DNA of 64,000 nt from Hypanus sabinus. Lineage: Eukaryota. The stretch is from NCBI RefSeq assembly GCF_030144855.1, contig NC_082720.1:66092001-66156000 (forward strand). Reading direction: 5' to 3'. Under the pieces are notes generated by a model. That model was not told where the DNA came from. It saw only the letters and a list, made by a program, of their open reading frames with translations, and did no database searches. A program made the position numbers and the translations under genes. Shown here piece after piece: positions 25,720-39,355 of the stretch (position 1 is its first letter; each line of letters begins with the position of its first letter).

Positions 25720-27572
25720 GAAAAACTAAAAGGAGATATGCGGTTGCTTTGGTAAGTCAGGTGACAATAAATCCAAAGGGGTTCTACAGTTATATTAATA
25801 GCAAAAGGATAGCAAGGGATCAAATTTGTCCCTTAGAGAATCAGAGTGGCCAGCTATTTATGGGGCCAAAATAGCTCCAGAAATAGCTGGGGGAGATTTT
25901 GAACAATTTCCTTACTTTGGTATTCACTAAGGAGAAGGATATTGAATTGTGTAAGGTAAGGGAATCAAGTAGGGTAGTTATGGAAACTATGATGATTAAC
26001 AAAGAGGAAGTACTGGCGCTTTTAAAGAATATAATAGTGGATAAGTCTCCAGGTCCTGACAGGATATTCCCTAGGACTTTGAGGGAACTTAATGTAGAAA
26101 TAGCAGGGGCTCTGACAGAAATATTTCAAATGTCATTAGAAATGGGGATGGTGCTGGAGGATTGGCATACCGCTCATGTAGATCCATTGTTTAAAAAGGG
26201 TTCTAAGAGTAAACCTAGCAATTATCTTTGAAGTCAGTGGTGGGTAAATGAATGGAAAGTATTCTTAGAAATGATATATATAATTATCTGGATAGACAAG
26301 GTCTCATTAGGAACAGTCAACATGGATTTGTGTGTGGTAGGTCATGTTTGACAAATCTTATTGAATTTTTTGAAGAGGTTACTAGGAAAGTCGATGAGGG
26401 TAAAGCAGTGGATGTTGTCTATATAGACTTTAGTAAGGCCTTTGATAAGGTTCCACATGGAAGGTTAGTTAGGAAAGTTTAATCTTTAGCTATTAATATT
26501 GAAGTAGTAAAATTGATTCAACAGTGGCTGGATGGGAGATGACAGAGAGTAGTGGTGGATAACTGTCAGGTTGGAGGCCGGTGACTAGTGGTGTGCCTCA
26601 GGGATCTATACTGGGTCCAATGTTGTTTGTCATATACATTAATGATCTGGATAATGGGGTGGTAAATTGGATTAGTAAGTATGCAGATGATACTAAGATA
26701 GGTGGCGCTGTGGATAATGAAGTAGGTTTTCAAATCTTGCAGAGAGATTTATGCCAGTTAGAAGAATGGGCTAAAAGATGGCAGATGGTATTTAATGCTG
26801 ATAAGTGTGAGGTGCTACATTTTGGTAGGACTAATCAAAATAGGACATACATGGTAAATGGTAGGGCACTGAGGAATGCAGTAGAACAGAGTGATCTAGG
26901 AATAATGGTGCATAGTTCCCTGAAGGTGGAATCTCATGTGGATAGGCTGGTGAAGAAAGCTTTTGTTATGCTGGCCTTTATAAATCAGAGCATTGAGTAT
27001 AGGTGTTGGGATGTAATGTTAAAATTGTACAAGGCAAATTTGGAGTATTGTGTACAGTTCTGGTCAATGAATTATAGGAAGGATGTCAACAAAATAGAGA
27101 GAGTACAGAGGAGATTTACTAGAATGTTACCTGGGTTTCAGCACCTAAGTTACAAAGAAAGGTTGAACAAGTTAGGTCTTTATTCTTTGGAGCGTAGAAG
27201 ATTCGGGGGGGGGACTTGATGGAGGTATTTGAAATTATGAAGGGGATAGATAGAGTTGACATGGATAGGCTTTTTTCCATTGAGGGGAGATTCAAACAAT
27301 AGGACATGAGTTGAGAGTTAGGGGTAACACGAGGGGGAACTTCTTTACTCAGAGAGTGGTAGCTGTGTGGAATGAGCTTCCAGTAGAAGTTTTAGAGGCA
27401 GGTTTGATTTTGTCATTTAAAAAAAAAATTGGATTGGTATATGGACAGGAAAGGAATGGAGGGTTATGGGCTGAGTGCAGGTCAGTGGGACTAGGTGAGA
27501 GTAAGCGTTTGGCACGGACTACAAGGGCCGAGATGGCCTGTTTCTGTACTGTAATTGTTATATGGTTATATA
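25720..27572 (+). mobile_element. CR1 LINE, same subfamily as 52404-54530
   Basis: ORFs 25899-27219 with YIDFSKAFDKVP, PQGSILGP, KYADD; ttatatgg tail. Confidence 0.93.
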
Positions 27573-28197
27573 CGTGAGTGATGATAAACCTGCTTCTGAT
27601 ATGGGTCTCTATCATGGACTGAGAGTGGGAAGAAGGCAGGGAGAGAGGAATCATGGCTGGGAAAAGGGGAAGAGAGAGAGAGGAAGGATCGGGAAGCACC
27701 AGAGAAACATTCTGTAATGATCAATAAACCAATTGTTTGGAAGCAAATGACCTTGCCTGGTATAGACAGGTTATTTAGTAGGGATCACTTCCCATGGTAG
27801 AAGAGTCTAAGACCAAAGGACATAGACCAATTGATAATTGGTCAATTATTATGTGAAAACTATGTTTACATGCCATCCCTACTGATAACTTCACCACATC
27901 AGAGCATCGAGGCAGCATGAAGAGTAAAGTAATATCAGGTTGCAGAACGTATTGATATCTTTACAGAGAAGGCCATTGACCAATTCTTCCATTCAGCCCA
28001 TGGTAGAGCACGATGAAGAATTTTCAGGCCTACTGTATTATATTCTGTATTAGGTGCTCTCATCCAATTTGGCATGATTCCCTTTAGCAGAAGATATATA
28101 TGCAGACAATGGTGACCTTGTGAGTTGAGTTTGTACCCAATATTTGGTCTGTGCACATCACCACTCACTCTGAATCTCACTGGTCTGTTTCCCACAG

Positions 28198-28467
28198 TTG
28201 AGGTAAGCCCAGAACAGCCTGTGGTGGGCAGTGACGTCACCCTCAGCTGTACCATCTCCAGACTCCCGGATACCGTCAGTCTCAGCTGGAAGCCAGTGGG
28301 CTCATCCCAGCAGAACAGGAGAAACACTGATCAGATCCAGCTGAATAACACCGTCTATCTGATAATCCAACACGTTACTGTGGAGGATGGAAAGTTATAT
28401 CAGTGTGAAGTGCGGGAAGACGGAAATGTTGTTTTCACAAGCAAAGCAGATTTTGCTGTGAAGGATG
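28198..28467 (+). CDS. Ig domain D2 exon (C2-type, intact, 90 codons)
   Basis: cccacAG / GATG|GTAAGT; VEVSPEQPVVGSDVTLSC..LSW..LIIQHVTVEDGKLYQC; phase 1-1. Confidence 0.93.
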
Positions 28468-30059
28468 GTAAGTGTTAATACTTGCTATTAGATACTGAAG
28501 AGGCATGTTACAACATCATCATAGTCGGGCAAAACATGACTCTCTGCCTGAAGGGTACATAAAGTGAGATTGTGATATCTTGGCTAGCGAAATGTGGTCA
28601 AAATCATTCAAAAGAGTAGATTCTGAACTTTATCCCATAAAGGCTGCACCCTAATTCACAGGAATTATGTCACTGAGTGATTGGAGCATGGGAATCGTAC
28701 TATCTGACAAAGTACTACAGTAGTGAATGGCAATAATACCTGTGAAGGGACTGAAAATAGGATCATTTCAGTCCAGATTTCTCATAACTTCATATATTGC
28801 TGCCACAAAAAAAATTCAGAACATATGTGAGTGATGATAAACCTGATTCTGAAATGGGTCTCTGTTGTGGCCTGAGAGTGGGAAGGGGGCAGAGAGAGAG
28901 CAACATCATGGTTGGGAAAAGGGGATGGAGCAGGATGCACCAGAGAGACTTTCTGCCATGATCAAAAAACCAGTTGTTTATAATCAAAGGATCTTGTCTG
29001 GTGTTTTAGGGCTGTGTGTGCCTGCACCCATGCCACTCCCTGCTCCTAGCATTCCTTCTCGGCCACCTGCCGCAGCTCTAATGGTGCTTATCATAGTGCT
29101 CGCAGCTGGGCAAATCCTAACTGAGCTATAGGGTATGTTTGAATATGTTAGGACTTTATTCCCTAGATTTTTGGAAAAAGAAGATGATCTTTTCAGGGGT
29201 ATTGATAGGGTAAATACATTCTGACTTTTTTCCCTTCAGGCTTGGTGTGATTAGAACAAGAGGTCATAGGTTTTGGATGAACGATGAAAATTTTAAAGTT
29301 AATCTGAGGGGAAACTTCTTCATTCAGAGAATGGTGCAGGTCTGGAATGTGCTGCCAGTGGAGGTGCTGGATGCAGGTTCAACTGCAACATTTAAGAAAA
29401 GTGTGGGTGGGTACATGGATGAGAGATATGGATGAATTTCTTTGGCTGGAGAGTGGTTAATCTGTGAAGTTTATTGCCCAGCCAAGTTATCGGGTATAGT
29501 TAAAGCAAAGGTTGATGCAGTGGTATTTTGATTAGAAAGTTACAGGGAAAAGGTAGGAGAGTGGGACTGAGAGAGATAATAAATTAGCCATGAAAGAATG
29601 GTGGAGCAGATTCATTGGGCTGAATTACCTAATTTTGCTCTGATGCAATATGATCTGATGGAAATGGGTATGATCCTGGTGTGGGTACACGGGACTAAGC
29701 AGGAAAATAGGTCACCCAGGGCTAAATGGGCCAAGTGGCCTGCTTTTGTGCTGTAGTGCTCTATGACTTTATAACTCTGCAATGCTGACTGACGAGGGAG
29801 GTCCACACAAGAAAAGTTGCAAATTTCGGATTGGCTCACCAGGCACCCTAGCGGTTGACCACAGTTACAGTGCATTCTACTGGCCCAGCAACAGGCTCAT
29901 TGCTTCTTGCCAGATGGTCATGACTTAAAGGTAGGGGCTATGACGAGAAATTTGCTGATGATTTCAACATTATCACCGTTAATTGCGAGATTGGAAATTG
30001 TAGGCTACAGGAATTTATCATTGGACTGGGCAAGTGTGTTAAACATGGCAAATGAAGCT

Positions 30060-30680
30060 GATTCCAGAGGTCAGAATCAGGTTTATTATCACTAGCATGT
30101 AATGTGAAATTTGTTAACTTAGCAGCAGCAGCACTTCAATACAATACATAATTTAGCAGAGAAAAAAATATAAATAAACAAGTAAATCAACTGCATATAT
30201 TGAATAGATCTTTTTTTTAATTGTGCAAAACAGAAATACTGTATATTAAAAAAAATGAGGTAGTGTCCAGAGATTCAATGTCCATTTAGGAATCAGATGG
30301 CACGAGGAAGAAGTTGTTCCTGAATCACTGAGTGTTTGCCTTCAGGCTTCTGAATCTCCTACCTGATGGTAACAGTGAGAAAAGTGCATGCCCTGGGTGC
30401 TGGAGGTCCTTAGTAATGGATGCTGCCTTTCTGAGATACTGCTCTTTAAAGATGTCCTGAGTAATTTGTAGGCTAGTACCCAAGATGGAGCTGACTAGAT
30501 TTACAACCTCCTGCAGCTTTTCTCGGTCTTGTGCAGTAGCCCCTCCATAACAGACAGTGATGCAGCCTGTCAGAATGCTCTCCACAGTACAACTATAGAA
30601 GCTTTTGAATGTATTAGTTGACATACCAAATCTCTTCAAATCCTAGTAAAGTATAGCTGCTGTCTTGCCTTCAGGTAAGG
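30060..30680 (-). mobile_element. Rex1/Babar-type LINE 3' fragment
   Basis: ORF 30325-30639 FYSCTVESILTGCITVCYG. Confidence 0.8.
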
Positions 30681-32221
30681 CTGAGGGTGCATGATTAATG
30701 GTGGGTTACTGTGCAGAGGAACAGAGGGATTGTGGATTTCATATGCTCAGACATCCGAGGTATCAGGGTAAGTAGACAAGATGCTTCTTGAGGCGAATTG
30801 AATACGTGGCTTTATTAGTTGAGAAAAGGCCTGTAAGAGCACACAGGACATGCATGAAACACTAGTTGAGGTATAACCATATGGTTCTGGTGAGCTGACA
30901 ACAGGAAGGAAGCAGTTGCACCTGACAAGAGAGGGAATGTATGCATATATGGGCCAACGGGGGAAATGGAAACATGATCTATGGTCGATTCCTGAAGTAA
31001 AGGAAGTTGAGGTGATATTTAATCGAGGTGTCCAAAACCATTGCAGGTCCACACGAAGAATCCCTTTCTTTCAGCAGAGACAGAAATAACTTGGCAACGG
31101 ATCTGAGGGGATTGGTAGGAGGATTAGAAGAGATTTGGGGAAGCTTTTCTTTACACACAGAGTGTTGAGCATGTGGAGCTCACTATCTGAAGATAGTGAA
31201 GGCAGAGCCCCTCATCTTATTACAAAGCACCCGAATGAGCACAAAGTTCCATTGCCCATAGCGTTCCACACTTGGAGGATTGGCAGAAGGATTTCCTGTC
31301 TGCCAACAGTATTGTCATGGGCTAGTTATGTCACCGGCACTGGCCTACCGGCCATTAACACTTATATACAGAATGGTGCCAGGAAAACACCAGAAATATG
31401 AAGGATCTCACCAACCCTCATGGATTGTTTCCCATGTCCATCAGGGAAGAGGCTATGCAACATCCATGCCATTCAAAAACATCCATTATCCCACCCCACC
31501 ACCCCTACATACAGTATGGGTAGGGGAGGACATTGAACAAAGAAATAGCCATTCACAATTAAAAGACCCATAAGTTATCTCCAACTCAAACAGTGACATT
31601 GTTTGATGGAAACCTATGGGACTGCCCATTTACTCAGTGAGGTGAGCTCTGGAGTAAAAATTTTGCTAAAAGAAGGCTCAAATTACCAAGCCCATGACAT
31701 CACAGCACAAAATAACCAAACTTTATCGAGAAAAGATACTGCTAAAACTTCTCTCTTTTGACTTCAGGCCTGTATAGATTTCAAATTGTTCAGAACACAC
31801 AATTATACAAGGTCAACCCTTCAGAAGCTAGATACGGAGGAATTTCTTCAGCCAGAGGGTTGTGAATCAGTGGAGTTGCTGGCCACAGACAACTGTGGAA
31901 GCTAAGCCTTGGGTTTATTTAAAGTAGAGGTTGATAGGTGCTTGATTAATAAGGATGTCAAACTTTGTGGGGAGAAGGCAGCAGGTTGGAGTTAAGAAGG
32001 AGATTAAATCAGTCATAATGGAATGGCGGAGCAATTCAAGGAGTTGAATGGTCTAATTCTGCCCCTATGTTTTATGAACTATAAATTGATCAATATAAAT
32101 CTGTAGATCAAAACATAAAGAGTTTTTAGAAATTGGTGGTCAATAATTTTCTGCTATTTTCTCTTTATCTGAGAAATCATTGAAATGTGTTCTAACATAG
32201 TATTCTCCATGTCCATTGCAG

Positions 32222-32559
32222 AATTATATCAAAGCCAAAAAACCATATATCGTTCAGGCACAGGTAACAGTGAACTCAAACTGATCTGTTTCCAGAGAAC
32301 TGATTACTGGAATGGTGCTAAATGGATTTGGAATGCACATCTTCACCAAATCCAGAACAGAGAAGTAGTGACTGCCTCAAGATCACAGTCCAAGCTGACA
32401 CGACTTACTTCAGGAATCAAATGGTGACCACAGAGCTCAAATTTGATGGCAATAATTTCAGTGCAAGCATTGTCCCAGTGCTGTCTGAAGATGCAGGAGT
32501 TTACAAATGTTACATGGAGTCAGTTCTCATTGTGACTATTGAACTAATCACAGTGAAAG
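32222..32559 (+). pseudogene. Ig domain D3 exon (V-type with disulfide), -1 frameshift near 32374-32378
   Basis: cattgcAG / AAAG|GTAGGA; 338 nt; LKLIC..AKWIW in one frame and GNNFSASIVPVLSEDAGVYKC..IELITVK in the next; uncorrected stop at 32425-32427. Confidence 0.9.
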
Positions 32560-32654
32560 GTAGGAGAGTAAAGCTCAGTCATTAATCTACAATAACTTTC
32601 TGGCATTAGAAAGTTTTAGCAACACTCCTTTTAAAAAGAAAGGTCACAGAAGCC

Positions 32655-32790
32655 AATCACAAACAAGATAAAATCTGCAGATGCTGGAAATCCGAGCAGC
32701 ACACACAAAATGCTGGAGGAACTCAGCAAGCCAGGCAGCATCTGTGGAAAAGAGTACAGTCGATGTTTTGGCTGAAACCCTTCAGCAGGA
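32655..32790 (-). mobile_element. Penelope terminal-repeat-derived short repeat (other copies about 14330, 17130, 34060, 43560, 57760, 59070-59590)
   Basis: Same gatgctgcctggcctgctgagttcctccagcattttgtgtg segment as the 3' end of the Penelope copy at 11600-11745. Confidence 0.75.
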
Positions 32791-34015
32791 CAAGTGCTGC
32801 CAGCTCCCTCAAATAATTGTCCCTGTTTCAGGACTAATACTGAACAAATGTGTAGTTCCAGAAGGATGTTTCCTCACAGTTCTGAGCTCAGGAAGTGGAG
32901 CTGAAAGGATTTTTGCAACACCAATGGCCAGCAAAATTTCAACATCCCAAAGCATGTATAAGTTAGTGTTAGTTAGCTGTAAGTAAGGATTCATTATGGT
33001 GTTAAGCTACAATCTCAGTCAAGATCATGGATCAAGTTTAGTTAAGTTTTATTTAGGTTCATAGGGAGACCAGGGTCCAGACTAAAGCCAGAAGGTTGAT
33101 CAGGTTTGGTGACAAAGAGGGGAGTTAAAAGTCATGTACAGGGACATGGGGGAATTGGAGGACAGGATGAAGAATAAGTCTAAGTTTCAGATTCCACACC
33201 AAGTTTGAAGGCCAGGGGCATGGCCTGACAAAAGTTCAAGGCCTAGTTTTCAAGGTCCCGTCTTCCGAGAGTGTGGTGTTGGAGGCCGGAGTTTCAAGCC
33301 CTTATCCAGGTTCCTCATTCATCATCATCTGCAAGTCCTGGGTCAATACCAAAGATCAACCCCGAAGATTGACTAGAGATCTGGATTGGAACCTAATGGT
33401 CAATCAAAAGTCCAGAATAAAACTTGAAGGTCTATCAGGAGTCCAGCTGAAGCCCCATGGTCAGAGCACCAAGGCCGTTAGGGAAGTCGGGATCCAGTGT
33501 CTGTAAATCCATGAGGCAAAAAAATGAAGGCAGTCTGCCCTAGGGTTAAAGGACTGTGTGTCTGTGCGTGAGTGCACATGTGTGTGTGTGAGAAAGGGAA
33601 CAGGCTTGTTTCACTGTTGTTGTTTTGTTGCTTGGTATGTTCTGTTTTATTGTGTTTTGTGTTGTTCTGTTGAGCATTGTGGTGCCAGCATAGGTGAAAA
33701 GATGATATATGCTACATCTGACAATTTGGTCACTACTGCATTGCAGGTGTCCAACAAGATAAACCTCTAAAGACAGAAGTCTTCCATTTTTAGAACGAAT
33801 GTAATGTGGAGCTTCCAAAGAGCAAACAATCAAAGATGTCAGCTTTAGCACTGTGGACCCTGTTTAGCAATTTCCTGCCTTAAGTGCCCTTTGAACATGG
33901 AAATTTCCTTGCCTTACGCACACCTCTGGTAAACATAGTCATCATTGCTTGCATTTTAGTGCACACATTCATTCCCCAGCAACATAGCCCAGTAGTTGGA
34001 ACAGTCCTAAAGTAA

Positions 34016-34017
<2 letters not shown>

Positions 34018-34055
<38 letters not shown>
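34018..34055. repeat. (CA)19 microsatellite
   Basis: Direct reading. Confidence 0.95.
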
Positions 34056-34056
<1 letters not shown>

Positions 34057-35256
34057 GGCTGAAGGAATTCAGCAGGTCAGGCAGTACTTAAGTATTTATG
34101 GCAAGGAATAAAGAGTCAAAGTTTTAGATGAAACTTCATCAGGACTGGAAAGGTAGGAAGGATGCGAAGGAGTACAAGCTGACAGATGATTAGGTGAGGG
34201 AGGAGGATGATGTTGAAGCTAGGAGGTGATAGGTGGAAAAGATAGAGGGCTGAAGAAAAAGAAATCTGATAGGAGAGGAGAGTAAACAATGGGAGAGAGG
34301 GAATGAAAAGGGATACCAGAGGGAGGTGATAGGCAGGTGAGAAGAAGAGAAAGGGTAAGAGGGGAGCTGGAATGAAATTGAAAAAAAGAGAAAAGGGAGT
34401 GGGGAGAAGAAATTTCCTTAAGTTAGAGAAATTGATACTCTAGTTGTTTGTAGTATAACCCTTTCAAGTCTGTTTCCTGTGGTGACAGCTGTGAGAAAAG
34501 ATGGATTTGTTATTGTCTTGGTATCACAACTTTAATCATGTTTTGCCACTTATTTTTGACTGGATGAACTGCAGACATTTCTCTTTGTGCAACGTGTCAG
34601 CTGGCCTCTTTATTTTTAGGAGGACCTCCAAAGATCATCAGGTGGTAGCTGGTTTTAGACAGTTTACTTACAGTTTCTTGAGCTAGCTATGAGTGCAAGG
34701 GAAATGTATCTGACACCTTTCATCAGACTCCTTTGCAGCCTTCAGTATTACTGAGACCTGTGGTTTTAACAAAAGTGAACAGTGCCAGTCTTATGAACAG
34801 CAATTTTGTACAAAATTTTAACCACAGCTATCTGTAACTTGCTCCAAACAAAAATTGCTGGAAACACTCAACAGCTCAGACAGTATTTGTGGAAAGAGAA
34901 AGAGGGTTAATGTTGTCAAAGGGTCTCAGGGCTGAAAGGCTATTTTTGCTCCACTTTCTACAGATGTTGTTTAATCCGCTCAGTGTTGTTGACATTTTCT
35001 CTATATTATTTCAGATTTCCATCATCTGCAGCATATAATTAAAAAAACAATAGAATTTGTTTACTCTGGGCAAAAGAAAAGCAATATTGGAACACATAAA
35101 TTTCTCATATTACAAAGATTTATGTTAATGACAGCCATTAATTCCCAAAATTGCCATTATCTAAATCACAATGCTTCATCTTAACTTTGTAAAGATTTCT
35201 GGGACAGAATGTCAGCGATGTTATTCAAAATCTTAATTATGTTCTTATGTCCACAG

Positions 35257-35515
35257 TGACAGCTGAACCATCTGATTCAGTGACTCAGGGAGACACCATT
35301 ATCTTGTCCTGTTCTGTGTCGAAGGTCACTGAATCAGTGAGACTGTTTTGGATCAATGATCATGGCAACTGTTCTCGAAAAGACACTGAAAGGGGAAGAG
35401 AAATCTATGAGTTTGATGATTAAGAAATTTGATAAAGACAGATGGAGTTGGACGTGTGGTTTATTCCATCAAGGCAGGCTCCAGCTTTTAGTCCCTTACT
35501 ACTTGGACCCCAGCG
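35257..35515 (+). pseudogene. Ig domain D4 exon (C2-type with WxC), frameshift near 35365-35370
   Basis: gtccacAG / AGCG|GTAAGT; 259 nt; VTAEPSDSVTQGDTIILSC..LFW then TVLEKTLKGEEKSMSLMIKKFDKDRWSWTCGLF in another frame; uncorrected stop at 35421-35423. Confidence 0.9.
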
Positions 35516-38500
35516 GTAAGTGACGTAGTGTTTGTTTTTTATACAGTACAGTCTCAGGTTATAGAGGGATTATGTTCCTGGTGAGCCGCCTATATCACTA
35601 TTTTCTATAATGTGAATTATAGACAAAAATTAACATGTGTTGCTTCTTTCACATTTTGTGTTTACCCTATAAATTCTGTGAGAGTGAATTTTTATTCTAT
35701 ATCTCAAATGCTTTGGTTGTGACTTGAGAATTGTCATTACTCAAATGTGCTTAGAATTCTTATCCAAGGATCGCTTCCATTGTGGAGCAGCTTGCGAGTT
35801 CCTGAGATCCCATGAGTGATGCCGTCTGGAGCTTAGCCTGATCCTGGTGATAAGTTCAAGGGGGTGATTCCAAACAAAGAGTGATCCAACACCTCAATGG
35901 TGGAATTAATAGAAGATGATGATACATCACAATAGCAGTGAAGGTGGAGAAAGGTTGCAGTAGTGAAGGGTCTTGATTGCCATGCCACTGGACCCTGACC
36001 TCTAACTGTCAAGGACTATGTGGTGGTTGCAAGAGCAACAGCCTCCACACATTGAACAAAGTCACACAAGGGGATTTGCCATTAAGAGAATATCTCACAG
36101 GAGAAAATCATACTTGACTCAAGTGATTGGACGACTAATCAGAATCCTCTAATCATCTAAATATTCCTGTACTCCCTCCTGTAGATTCAATGCTGGAACC
36201 CCCATGTTAATGATCAATGCTTAGAATTATATTATATTTACTTCAGGACTATTTGTGTTACTTATAAAGCTAGTAATTTTCACTGTGAAGATGCTGACTT
36301 CTTGAACCACTCCAATTCAAATGCCGTTGGAAGACACAAGAGACTGCAGATGTGTTGTAAAGCAATGTTCAAAGTACTGGAGGAAGTCTGCAGGTCAGGA
36401 AACATCAATGGAGGAAAAAAAACAGTTAACATTTTGGATCGAGGCCCTTTGTCTGGACCGCTACACAAGTCTGCAATGCTGCCAGTCCAGACTCGAAACA
36501 TTTCACTATACAACTTAGAATGGAACTCCACCAGTACTGAAGGAGTTCCCATGGATTTCATCAACATCAAAAGGCAGGCAAAGTGCTTCTAAGTCAAAAT
36601 GAGTGTGAAGTGTGGGTGGTAATAGAGGCAACTACAATTAGGAGTCATAGATCAGCACATGAATGTAAGCAAATTGGATAATTACTGACTGTGTAGGAGT
36701 GACAAATTTGATTGATCATGGAATATGTATGTGTAGGTTGGCACATCATGGGCTGTACTGTTCTATCTTATACCATATGTTCTAAGATGTAATCTTCAGC
36801 CTGCTCTCATAATACAGTTTTCATCTGGCCAGTCAAGTTAAAGTCAGTCGGGAGTGACATTTTGTTGTTGATGGTGAAGTACTCTGTGTTGCAGGAGACA
36901 TTGAATAAACTTGATCTTTGTTTAAAAAGTATTTGGCAACAAGGACATCACTCACCACTAAATTGGCCAGGCCTCATTATCATGAGGCCTCATGGGCCAG
37001 GCCAGGCCCATGCTATATGCACACATGGACTATTCTATTCCCTGCAGCTGTCACTGGATATGACCAGTGCAAGCCTCAGCAGAAATCTCTGTTTCTGGCC
37101 TTTGGATGGCCATTGCTAAGGCAGTTGGAGATGGTTGGGTCTATGATATTGCTCTGAGGAATTCCTGTGCTGCAGGGGCTGATATACCGGCTTCCAAACC
37201 CCATAACCAACTTTAGCTGTTCCACACACAGGAGCAACTTCATTTTGACTCTCATTAACTTTACTTTTTAAACCGCTCTTTTCACTATGCCCCTTAATTG
37301 CTGCACTTGGACAAATTCTGCTCAGAAGAGGGAGAAAATACTCATAATGTTGGATCAGGTGATGATTAAGCTACTGGCTTTGTTCTGGAAGCTTCTGGCA
37401 GAGTCTTTTGGAGCATTTTGGAGATACACTCATAAAACCATATCACTACACCTGTGGAATTTACCTTCAAATTAATCAGAAATTGTTCAGGGATCAAAAT
37501 TGTAATTTTTCTGCCCCGGTAAATGCAGCCACCTCTCATTGTCACTTCAGAGTTTGCTGTAACCCCTGAAATCAGATTCAGATTCACATTTATATATCAC
37601 TGTATATCAAATGCACTGTTCGTGTCAACCACCATTTACATGGAGCAGTCCACAATTTTTCTGCACATTCTGGTGCCAACGTAGCATACCCACAATGCAC
37701 AGTAGATCTTCACAGAATGCAACAAGTGACAAAACAACAACAGCAAAACAAGTCCTGCTTTTCCCTACACAGATACACAGTCCTCCAAACACAGAACAGA
37801 ACGCCTTCAGCCTCTAACCTCCAGAGTCTGCTCACATGGAATTCTGACCTTTAACTGACTTGGTTCTCACTGTTTCTTGATTGGTGATGATTGGTATTAA
37901 TGCAGAAAGCGAGATCAAGCATCCATTATCTTTGAATCTTTATAAGCATCATTTCACACCAGTTAATGTTGTTGTTTGCCCCAGTAATTGAGAGAAATAA
38001 ATAGAACATTATTGTGTGTATGTTTGGAATCTGAGAATCCAGCACATTTATAATCAGAGTCTTTATGAGAAAAGGACTGTTCCTCTTCCAGCTGGATAGT
38101 ATGTCATAAGACCATAAGACATAGGAGCAGAATTTAGCCATTCAGCCCATTGAGTTTGCTCCGCCATTCCATCACGGCTGATTTATTATTCCTCTCAACC
38201 CCCTTCGGCTGCCTTCTCCCCATAACATATGATGCCCTGATTAATAAAAAATACCAACAATGTCCACCTTAAGTATACCATATGATGTGGCCTGCACAGC
38301 CATCTGTGGCAATGAATTCCATAGATTCACCACCACCTGGCTGCAGAAATGTTTTCTCTTCTCTGTTACAAATGGACAACCGTCAGTTCTGAGGGTGTGC
38401 CCTCTGTCCTGGACTCCCCCACTACAGGAAACATCCTCTCTAGATCCACTTTATTGCCTCCAAAGTAACCAATAAGTTTCAAGACTTTGGCCTCAATACT

Positions 38501-39013
38501 CTTTATCTCAGCTTCTTGATATTTATTATTTTTAAAAAATTTCTTGTTGTACTTGCACAGTTTGCTATCTTTTGCACATTTGTTGAGCACCCATGTTGGT
38601 GTGTTATTTCACAGATTCTGTTATGGTTGTTGCTCTATTATGGACTTATTGAGTAGACCCACAAGAAAATGTATCACAGGGTTGTATATCGTGACATATA
38701 TGTACGTTGATAATAAATTTACTTTGAACTTTGAACCTTTTAACTGGTTCAACATTCAAAGTTTAATAGGTTGCAATCAGATCTTCTAAACTGCAGTGAC
38801 TACAGAGCCAGAGCCTAAAAAACTTCTTACCTGATATTTCCTTTGATACGTTCAACACTGCCACCCTGATTCTGTACATTGTTCAATATCTATTGAAGAT
38901 AAATTTTCTACAATAATGCTAATTGTACATTTAGATTGAGAAGTTATTATCTGACTTAAAAATATGTTTTCTCCACACACCTCCCCACCCCCCCCGCCCA
39001 ACTCTTCTTGCAG

Positions 39014-39355
39014 GAAACAGAACTTCTATTTACTTTTTCCACAAGGAAGGAAACTTTGTACTGAAAGGGCCAGATAATCCTGGGAATAGTTCAATTGATT
39101 TGGAATGGAGTCCACACACAGGGCAACAAACCACAAAGCGATTGGCCACTTTTCACAGAGAAGATCAGTGGTGGGTCGTACAATGGAGTGATGAGTACAG
39201 TAAAACAAACATTTCCCGGAGGTTACATGCTGAGTGGGGTACTCATAATCTGAGAATCCAGAAACCCATCTTTGAAATTGCAGGACTGTTCATCTGGAAT
39301 CAGACACAGTCTGATGGGAGCATCCTCAGACAGTGCGAAATATTTGGGGTCAAAG
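39014..39355 (+). CDS. Ig domain D5 exon (Cys-less V-type, intact, 114 codons)
   Basis: tcttgcAG / AAAG|GTAAGT; GNRTSIYF..LKGPDNP..LEWSPHTGQ..NLRIQKPIFEIAGLFIW..EIFGVK. Confidence 0.92.

Noticed and set aside
35516-39013. Idea that D5 starts a second gene with its own leader, and that the first gene's TM lies here
   Set aside because: No leader-like or TM-like exon found in the interval, and D4-D5 join in frame (..LDPS-GNRT..).
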